A model generated the notes under the pieces. It was not told where the DNA came from and searched no databases. It saw only the letters and a program-made list of their open reading frames with translations. Of a stretch of DNA of 64,000 bases, positions 10,992-21,133 are shown piece by piece. A program made the position numbers and the translations under genes. How positions within the stretch are numbered: position 1 is the stretch's first letter; each line of letters starts with the position of its first letter. The stretch lies in the NCBI GenBank assembly GCA_904063045.1, contig CAJFCJ010000012.1, forward strand, positions 2,221,709 to 2,285,708. Reading direction: 5' to 3'. Source of the stretch: Dimorphilus gyrociliatus (taxonomy: Eukaryota; Animalia; Annelida).

Positions 10992-12768
10992 CTATATTTT
11001 ATCATTTACATTAAATGGTGATGTAGAATTTGAGGCATCGTTTAAACTTGGTATTAACTTGTTAATTTCTAATTGAATTAAATTTGTCCTCATTAAACTT
11101 TTTGGACTAGAACATGAAAGACTGTGTGGAGAAGGAAATTTTATCTTCTCAATCTTTAGCCACTCAACCAATGGCCGAATATTCACATCACAATACCAAT
11201 TATTATGAGTTACGTCAATAAGACCGAGATTAGGCAGTGTGTCCAAGAGTTCAGCCGGTAAATTACGCAATCCGTTATAGCTCAAGTTCATTTCTTGAAT
11301 GTTTGTCCATTTGGAGAGTACTGAAATATTTTTTAATAAGATTTCAGCTAATGTTGAAGAATTCGATAAACTTAAGATGAGCAATTTACTAGCATTCAAA
11401 TCCAATATAAATTCATTAACTGCAATCAAGAATTATGTAAAGAGTACTGATTACTTTGCAGTTCAAATATTTATTTTAGCTTTAGTTTACCCCAGTTGAT
11501 TTTTTTTTAGTTTGTAACCCCAATACTGCAAAGTTTATCATTACTCTGACTAATGTTTTGGATGGAATTCATGTGCAAAATTCTCAAGTTTGGTAATGAT
11601 CCAATGGATTGTAAAGAAGATATTGGATTCAACGACAGATCGAGAATTTGTAAGTTTTTCAGATATTGGAACGTGCCTGTCCGTAAGGCCGAAATTTGAT
11701 TATCCGATAAATCCAGAAGACGTAAATTACGTGCAGCATCAAAGGATTGTGACTGGATTTCGCTAATCCGATTCTTTTTTGCGTACAGACTCTCCAATTC
11801 GATCTGCAATAGCTCCTTGGATATTTTCTGTAATCTATTTCTGTTAATGTTAAGTAGTTTTGGAGAGTTTCTTGAGAAGATTGTTAATGATGTTAGATTG
11901 TTGTCATTTAAACGAACATTTAGAAAAGATATTTCAGATTCGCTTGATAAGTTTAATTGTTGAATGGAAGAGGAAGAGAGGTCTAAAACCTTTAAACTCA
12001 CTGAGGGTGCAAAGTTCAAGTTTAAAATTGAATTTAACAGATTCTTTCGCAAGTTCAACCTTCTTAGATCCCTTAAACATAAAAAGGCGTCGGGAGCAAT
12101 ATAGTTTATTTCGTTTTCTTCGAGGTTGATCACTGATAAAAGGAAATTGGACGCTTTTAAATAAGTTACTTCAACCTTGCTAGTTGTATATATTTGAAAA
12201 ACTTTTCTAAGCTACTCTTTTAGGAAAATAAATCGTAAAGCGTCTAATTTCCTTTCAAATTTGGATTCCCAACAAATTCCTCGCTACTTAACGATGTTAA
12301 GCGATTTCCAGCGGCAGAAAAATACAATAAATTTTCCAAATCCCGTAAAACTGCTTTCAAATCCGTTAATCGATTATCCGCCATATTTAAAGCTCTTAGA
12401 CGCCCCAAACCGGAAAAAGTATCATTATCCATAATCTTTGCCAACCTATTATCGGCTATCGATAAAGACGTCAGATTAGGACAAGCTTTGAAAATACGGT
12501 TATCGAGAGTGAAGATTTTGTTGGAATCGGCTACGATGTGTTTTAAATTGCTGAGTCGTCGCATACGACGCCAGTTTAAACGTCTAAGATAATTTTTAGC
12601 CAGGTTAATATATGTAAGATATTTAGGTAAGTTGGATGGCATTGCTTTGATCTGAGTTTGATCGCAGAAGGCCCTCCGGCGGATGCAAACGCATGGTTTT
12701 GGACAAGTGCTCAACGAATAATCAACCTTCGCTAGCAGAATGGAGAGGAGAAGGAATAAGAAACGCAT
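10992..12768 (-). CDS. Extracellular leucine-rich repeat protein (signal peptide, LRRNT, many LRRs, LRRCT), about 516 aa in a 3-exon model (12768-12252, 12132-11527, 11419-10992); first donor is non-canonical
   Basis: MRFLFLLLSILL signal; CPKPCVC LRRNT; repeated LxxLxLxxNxI; NNWYCD...CSSP LRRCT. Junction 1 needs a GA donor and junction 2 has two alternative readings, so the gene may be intact or a young pseudogene. Confidence 0.75.
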
Positions 12769-12920
12769 TATTCGATTGTTTCCTTTCTGGCTTCGTTGGT
12801 TTCCTGACAGAGTGGAGTATACATTTATTATTTATTTCTTTAGTATTTTTTCTCATTTTTCTCTCACTCTTTCTCCTACTCTTATATAGATATAAAATCA
12901 GATTCATATAAACGCTATAC

Positions 12921-12964
<44 letters not shown>
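12921..12964. repeat. (CT)n microsatellite upstream of the LRR gene
   Basis: Read directly; one TT interruption. Confidence 0.9.
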
Positions 12965-15900
12965 TGTAGTCATTCATTCGCACAGTTTCTCTTTTTCTAT
13001 CTACTGCGTTTTATTATTTTTCCATTTTCGCGCAGAAGCTTTGTCTACACGCATCCAGAGTCATACATCATCGAACAAACACAAAACATCAGTTCAATTT
13101 TACTTTTACCTCTATATATAAAGAACAACTGACCTTACAAGTCTATTTTAAGCTTTGCCCATTTAATAAACGTATACTTTATATTATTGTTGACAACCTT
13201 GAAAGAGAAAAAAAATTATTCTGTTTATAATCTATATTTATAATTATAAAGATATCTTAAGCCAATTTACATCATTCTACAACCATTTGGTAAAGATCTA
13301 TCTAGGGATTTTTGCGCATATAAAACAAAGTTTATTCGTAAATGGTTGTGAAAGGAGAAATATAAGGAAATTTAAGGAAATATAAGTGAAAAGAAAAAAA
13401 GGGAAGGAAAAAGAATGATTCAAATTAACTTGAATGAAAGAATATTTAAATAAACGAATGCAATAAATTCAATTTTAAGAGGAAAAAAGAGACCTTTTTC
13501 CTTTTTTTTTACAGATTTTTTAAATTCATAAGGGATCGAGGATTCATGTAAATTTTATGTCGTTTGGGAAACGTTAGGAATTTATTCCCTTTTTGCTTGT
13601 TTATTAGAAGAGCATATATATATATATATATATAAATTTTATATATATATATACTGTATATATACCGCATATGTCTCTACAATATACTATTTCTTATATA
13701 GTACAAAGACGCTATTAGCAGAGAAAAATTTCTCTTAGATGGATAAAAAAAATAAGACAATTGCATAAATAGAAGATTAATATAATAATCCTTTGATGCA
13801 ATTAATATGGTGTAAATACTGCTTATACTGCATATATAAACTATCTACTGTATATTTGACTATAGATTTTATACTACTATTTATATATTCTTTATTATAC
13901 ATTGAATATAAATAAGATGCTAAGAGTCTGAATATACAACTATCTTTAGAATAGTAGAATGTTACAATAGAACCTTTATACGTCTTTTATCTATTTCTCT
14001 TGTTTTAGACCCTTGTTACAGGAAAATAGAACCTTGCATAAATTTATTATTAAATGTATAGAAGGCAATTTGTTATTGTCAAGAAAATCCCACGTGACAA
14101 TACACATCTGACAAGAGGGCAATGAAAACCTTTTTCGTACGTTTTCCTCTCCTATCGTAAAATTCTCGCCTTTTTCATCTTGGCACGATTCTGACTAAAT
14201 GCTACACTCTAATTTATAGTCTACTTTTCCCAGCTTTTTACAATCCGACGCCCCATATGCTGATCGAACAAGCTGAAATTAAAATGCTATTCGGGAAAGG
14301 ACTCGTAACTAGCTTTTTGATTTTGCTCTCGCTCTCCCTCTCTCTCTCTCTCTCTCTTTTTCTCTCTCTCTTTTCTCTTCAGACAGTTTTTGCTATAAAC
14401 TCTTATTATTCTTATAGAAAGCCCATTTCATTTATCCTACATTTATCAGCCTAATTTATATATTATTCATAAACAAGTAATTTACTTAAATATTCCTTCT
14501 ATTAGACACCTGAATGTTATACCTTCGCCGATGTATGGTATTTAAAGCGACTCCATTAGGATAATAAAAATGAAAAATTAACGCGTTAATCCCTATAATC
14601 GATAGCAATCCTTCTTAATGCTTAGCTTATAAACCAATGTATCATTTTCATTGCCTTGTTTAAGAAAGGACTCATAGAAAGTTTGTTTTTTAATAAATAA
14701 ATATTAAAAGAGGGTTACCCACTCCTGTTGGCTCTACATTGTGTTATATAAACTATAGGAAACAATTTGCTATAAACATACTGTTTGTACTGTTTGCTAT
14801 AGAGTAAAATATCTATAATAGTAATAGTGTTGCTTACTATGTTCTATATAGGTTTGCTTACAATAGCTAAACATCTTGTGGTGAAAAATTAGCTTTTGGC
14901 ATTCTATAATTAAGTATTTATGATTTATTGATCCCAGAAGCATCAATCCTTTTACTTTTAAAAGAAATGTAGTTAAAAGGGTTGCAGAAAAAATAAAAGA
15001 AAAATAAAAATAACTTTAGATCAGTCAACTATTTTATAATTAAAGGCGTCTCTTCTCTTAATCATTTCAATAATAAAACACCCTTGGCTAATTAAAATTC
15101 CTTCCATTAACTATAGAATATTCATAAAAAATCATACTAATTGAGTTTACAAAGTTTACAGTTTCGTTGATAATATAGAATATTTCAAAAACAAAATAAG
15201 CTTAATGATTAATAAATATTAATATTTACTTACTTAAATAGTAAAATATTTATTCGAGCTTTCACAGCCTTTCTTCTTTCTCTTTAAATGAATATCTTAA
15301 ATTGATTTTTCGCTCCTTTCTCTATTGTTTTTTTGTTCTTAGTTTCTTCTTTTCTTATTCTAGTTTTTCTTCTCTTACCTTGTCTCTCTTTTTACAGCTC
15401 CCGCACATTTATTGCTGTCGTCTTTTGGTCTAGTCCGGGCTAGAAAGGAATGAGGGAAAATATAAATTATCAATAGAGGGCGCTTTTGTTCCATGATTGT
15501 TACTGTTCATTGGAGCGATGAGTTTGTTTGTCGCTTTTTATGATATTGAATATTTCAATAAATTAACTTGTTAGTATCTCTAATTATGATGCTCAGCCAT
15601 CTGTAAAATTGTTCTATGACTGATTTCTCTGTGTACTTGAACGCAATCTGGAAGCATCGCTCGACCGATTGAAATTGCTGCAATCGTTTGTGTTTATTGA
15701 GCGGAAGGAGCAACGATTGCTATTATAAAAAATATAAGCGATAGATGGCGCTGAACAGAGAAGTTTTACCCTCCTTGTCACCTCGTATGGCCCTGTCAAT
15801 TTTTCCAAGAATTAGCATTAGTGAAAAATTGAAAATAAGGATAAGTAGGAAGAGAGACTTTAACCAGCAATCTATCAAAAATTTGAATAAAGCGAATAAC

Positions 15901-16863
15901 TATTTAATTCCGTAGAAATTGATATATAAATAGATTCGGGATATAGATGAGCACTTGTACGTTCCTTAATTACTTTCGAGAAATTATCGACGATGCGAAA
16001 GTAGAAGGAAATCGATACTTGAATCACGTTGTTAAATACTACTTAACGCTTTCCTTTTCGTAATGAGAAGAAGATTTTCGATGAAAAAAAAAATTCCTTC
16101 ATCTAATCTAGAACATTTCGTGCAATGAGAAATTTGGAAGAAGAAACGAAAACGGAAGGATAGAGATAGAGTAAAAATGTAACATAGCATTAAATTAAAT
16201 CTCTTCTTCAATCGTCTTTTATAGCAGAATAGTTACAAAAAAAAATCCTTTTCAACATTCTATCCGAATTTACTTTCATTTTCCAACCGCAAAAAAAAAA
16301 CAATTACTAAAAGTTTTTTTTATCTCGAAGAAGAGTCGAATAGAGGATGCAAATGCTTAAAAGATAATCTTAACTCTGTGAGTGAAAATAAGAAGAGATT
16401 TTGGAATATATAGATAGAGAGAATGAAAGAGAGTGAGGGGAGGGGGGAGGACTGTTAGGAAACGAAGAAGAGAGGAGGATACATCGTGGAAAAGAAGGAA
16501 TATCCACTATAAGCTTAATTTATATAAAGTAATTACTTTTAGTTGAATAATAATAGCAACAAAAAATTCACTTTTTTGTTAAACTTGAATTTGAATATAT
16601 ATGAAATTGTATATAAAATATTTAGTATATTATATATACAGTATGCTTTTAAACTCATTTGCACCCAGGTGTCGTGTAACATGTGCAACAACAGTCATTC
16701 TTTTGAAAGGAAAAAATATACTATATGATCATTCAAATGTAGATTATTGACTACATAACATTTATAACTCCTCTTATGTAGACGTTTAAGTTTAGTGATT
16801 AATAAGTAAGCGTATCCTTGTACTGGAATATAGATTCGTGTATAATACTATGATACTTACATT

Positions 16864-18960
16864 ATGGGATTAAATCCGTCGAGATATCTTGCCGAAAAGC
16901 AGCAAACTTACTCGGAGAGAAAGCAGTTGCTCAAAAAATACCTGATCCGTCTTATTCCCTACGAACTACACGCTCAATATTCGATTAGTGGTACGGCAAT
17001 CACGATACAATGTTGCAGTAGAGACGCTACTAGTTGGTGGATGAATACATTAAGGAAATCTTATCCATTAAGGTAAGAACCAGCTTTGGATTCCTAGTAG
17101 ATCTGATAAATATAATCTTTTGAGTTGCTTGAATAATATCAATAAAGGGTTTATGCTTAGGAAAAGTAATTATATCAAATTGTGCATTGTATAGAATTTT
17201 TGTCGGTTAGACACACCTTTTGCCGGCTTAACTACGTTTTACTTTATCCCGAAGACGATGTTATTTTGAAGGTTGATAGGAGAGATGGAAGCTTAATAAT
17301 TGCAGGCAAAGATCACTGGGAATGGTTTCTATGTAATTTTGAAACGGTGCTAGAAAAAGGACTAAATGACTGCCCTTGCAAATTGGCCTTTTCTGCCGGT
17401 AAAAAAGAAAATAGAATTATTTATTTATCTTTCATAGTGAAATAGTAAAATATTGCTCCCTTATCTTCTTTATTCTAATTTTATTATTTCTTTCTATCTT
17501 ATGGAAAGGGAAAGGAGAAGGAAATATCAATAGAACTATTTAATCAATTAATACAAAAGCCGTTCAATCAATAACTCCAACTTTAGAAATAAAAAGGCAA
17601 ATGAACTCGGCGTAGGCTATTAGCGTACTTTTCTCAACGAGTAAAAGAGTTGGAGATTAATTTTTATCCTCCCTGATTGAATGAAAGTAGAGATTAAACA
17701 GTCTAAATTGATAAAAGAAAAAGGAACTATATAAGAAGTGGAAAAGTACGCGTTGTATATATAGATGGATACCCTTAAGATATGAATATATATATACAGT
17801 ATATATATATAATATATATATATGAAGAGAGCTAAATATAGCAGTGATTTCATATTTATATATAGATAAAGATAATGGTGTATGCGCTCAAATGTTAAAT
17901 TTTCACAAAACAAAAGAGTATTTTTTTTCACAGATTTTCGATTATTATTGAAATTAGATTATAAAATTATATTACTTTTTTCAGTTTTTTGTACATATTT
18001 CAACGCCAGAGGGAGTAAAAGTTTTACTTACCAACATCGCCTGCACTTGTTTCTATCAGATTAAAGTGAAGCGTATAGAGTCGATTTTAGTAATTGAAGT
18101 AAAACTCTCTTTCTCCTTTTCTTCCTCTCTTCTCTCTTTCTCTCTTTCTCTCTCTCATTCTCTTTCTATCTATCTAGTACATATCATATCATTTGAAATT
18201 AATTTACCATAGGGATACTTTTTTATCTTAGGAGATATGATAATAAGTTCTAAATCTACATGAATATTGCTGTAGGTGTAAACTAAATTTTCTTGGATTG
18301 ATTAAAGATTACATTTGCTTCGAATTCAGACACACAATAAATCTCAGTTTTCTTTTAGCTATTAACCACGAATTACTTTTGGGCGATGGAACGAAAGCAA
18401 GCGACATGCAAGCTTTTCTACCAGTTTCCGGTTGTATAAGACATGGTCCTGGTTTTATCTATAGACTCTGGAAAGGAATGATGGATGAGTGGCTGTATAG
18501 AGGGGGTACTGTTTTTATAGTATCGCCATTAATTGATGCTAGACGAGTGGCTGACATATTACTTCTTCTGGTGAAGCATGCATCAAAGACAAACAACTGT
18601 AAAGTAAAAATGCTTTGTCTTGAACAATGCGATGGAAGATGGAATTTTAATAAAATATTTGCAACTGCCAAAAATAAAGTGTTAGGGGTCAAGGGCCCTA
18701 ATGGAAGAAGACTAGTTAGAGGATACAGATTAAATTACGGAATTAACGACAGGCTAGAGGTAAAACACGCCAACTTTCATTGTAAATTAATTGCCCATAT
18801 GAGATCGGATGGAATAGTAGATATATTGCTGACAAGCGCAAATTTCCATAGATGGCACTTGGACGTTGATAATGGAGATTTTGTACAAAAGATAACATTG
18901 ACAATGGATCAATTTAATAAGAATTACTTACAACATATAGGATTTCTGGCTACTCTTTAA
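16864..18960 (+). CDS. PLD-superfamily (single HKD-type) nuclease/phosphodiesterase-like protein with an uncharacterised N-terminal domain, 332 aa, 3 exons (16864-17072, 17211-17398, 18359-18960)
   Basis: Donors GTAAGA (17073) and GTAAAA (17399); acceptors ending 17210 and 18358; phases 2 and 1 match. The C-terminal domain has VFIVSPLID, FHCKLIA, ILLTSANF and a downstream NGD, the H-x-K / S-x-N / N-x-acid pattern of Nuc/Zucchini/Tdp1-type enzymes. Confidence 0.75.
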
Positions 18961-19284
18961 TTTTTTCTTTTTGTTTTTTTTTACTTAATCTCTTCTAAAT
19001 CACACTTCTTACTCTAATATCTACTTATAAGCTCCTTTTTCTCTCCCTCTTCTCCCCTCTCACCGCTCCCTAAACCCTCCCATCCCCCCTCCTCTTTCCT
19101 TTGCGTAATTCTTACATGTATTAAACGTAAAAGACTATTTCAAAAATGTAAATATATAGATTATAAATGTTTTATTTAAAAATATCTTTCTTCTTAAAGA
19201 ATAAGAAAAGAGTTTAATGGGAAAAAGAATAATTTTCTTTTAAAATCATTAAATTAAAATGTTTCTTTTTTAATATGTTTTCTC

Positions 19285-20856
19285 TCAAATCAACAAATAT
19301 TTCATTAAAAATGGTAATATGATTATTATTTTAGAATAAAATATTAAATTTTCCGAACTATTTTTATCGACTTTGCAGATTTTCTCAAAATTGCAGTTAT
19401 CCGATATCGGTTTAAATACTTTTTCAATTTCATTCCAGTCGCAGTCAATTTCTTTACAAATTCCTTCTAATTTTATAGTTTTTTCATTATGATACACTCT
19501 TACTTTATAGTTGGTATCACAGCGAAGTAGGACAAAAGCTATGTTACAGCTCATTGGTGATATTAAAGTCATCTTCCATTTTCTTTTTAAATGTTCCTTA
19601 TAATTGCTATGTAAAAGTTGTTTTTCATCCTTGAACAAACCTAATCTTGTATAGAGCATATTTATCGCAGGAAGGTGGGTCCACCTACCGACAATCTTCT
19701 GCTTCGAACCACTTTTAGCTAAACTTAATTTTTTCCATATATCTCTAGTTAATTCACATGTTTGTTCATAAGATATTTTATGAGGATAGGAATCTCTCCA
19801 AAATGATTGAAGATCATTGGCGTATTCAAGAACATCCAAATCATTTGGTTCTAATAGGCTACACCAAGGAGCATCACCGTATATGCCATATTCAAAGGAA
19901 CAGCTTTCGTGTAGTAATTTTAAGGTATTGAAAGAAATTTGACTATTTTTGCCAAGCTTTCTAGTTACTTTCCTTAGGACTTCCGCAATTTCTGGTCTTT
20001 TAATAAATTTATCATATTCCACTAGTGATTTATTAGATACTGTAGCTTCATACTTGTCACAATGCCTGTAGAATCTAAGTAGAGTATCATTTTGGGGTGG
20101 TTCTTTAAGAGTGATATTTTTTGCAGTGTTTTCATCGAATAGGCCAGTTAGAAATGCTTTAGCAGAATCTCTATTCCTTCTTTCGGAAGTTGGACGAAAT
20201 TCGCTCTCGTCGAGAACTGAAGGATTTTCAAAGAACTTCTTAAATCTATTTTTAATCTGTCGTCCTGAAAGAGATATATAGATTAATAAATTATTAAATA
20301 GAGAGAGAGAAAGAGAAAGAGCGAGAGAATATAGTTAATAATAGGTATCATGACCAATGAGTTACAGAAAAGTGGATAAGAAGCCACTATCTGTTTATTT
20401 ATTTTCTGATGAGATAATACTTTCTGGTTATAATGTAAATAAATCGAAACCTATATAGATTTGTTCTTGTCGACCGGTTTCCACTAATTTGAATGCATCT
20501 TCCGGATTCATTCTTGGAAACCATTTATTTATCAAATCAATATCCTCTCGACATAATCCTGTAATTGAAGGATTTTCAAGAATATTTCGTTGGAATGACG
20601 GAAAATGTCTGTGCCAAAGTCTTATAGAGTTTCGATTGTTTTGTCTCGTTCCATGCCTAGACAGGAAGTAGAAATATTCAACTGAGCAATTATTCTGAAC
20701 ATTCTCTTCCGCCTTTTTCTTTGAATTTAGTGACTCTGCGTAGGACGTTTTATCGGCATAATTTCTTTTTGGAGAGTTATCCGTTCCGTAGCAATAATTT
20801 CCGTAGATGGGTGTCGATATGATCAAATTTGTAAGGATTACACACAACAACCTCAT
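19285..20856 (-). CDS. MINPP1: MINPP1-like histidine acid phosphatase, paralogue B, about 461 aa, 2 exons (20856-20451, 20264-19285)
   Basis: The true ATG is MRLLCVIL at 20856 (the track's 20871 start is TTG). RHGTRQ motif; collinear with paralogue A throughout; 186-nt phase-1 GT-AG intron; hydrophobic C-terminal tail. Confidence 0.9.
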
Positions 20857-21133
20857 TCTGCAGTATTTCAATATAAATATTCCTTAAGCGATGCTGTATA
20901 AAACTTTTGATATGATTAAAAATCATGTTAATCGAATTGCGGGATAAGATACAAATGATAAGAGATAATATTTGAAGTCGTAGATCATTATATTATCGAA
21001 GAAAATCGTGTTAATATTTAAAGTTCATTGTGTAATGGACAAACTACATGATCATTGTGGCTTTATTATTTATTTCCTTTTATCTTAGATATCAATAGGC
21101 AAATGTAAATTATGTTTTTTGTTATTTGTTTTT

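Noticed and set aside
12693-12973. ORFs 12722-12973 (-) and 12693-12911 (+)
   Set aside because: Derived from the (CT)n microsatellite and the antisense of the LRR 5' end.
15600-16065. Short helical-looking frames, e.g. MSTCTFLNYFREIIDDAKVEGNRYLNHVVKYYLTLSFS at 15947
   Set aside because: About 40 aa or less, no linked exons or homology; the region also holds CTCF-like motifs and is more likely regulatory.
20857-21133. Operon or trans-splicing between DYNC2H1 and MINPP1-B
   Set aside because: AATAAA signals follow the dynein stop and nothing in the sequence shows a spliced-leader acceptor; kept only as a low-interest compaction note.
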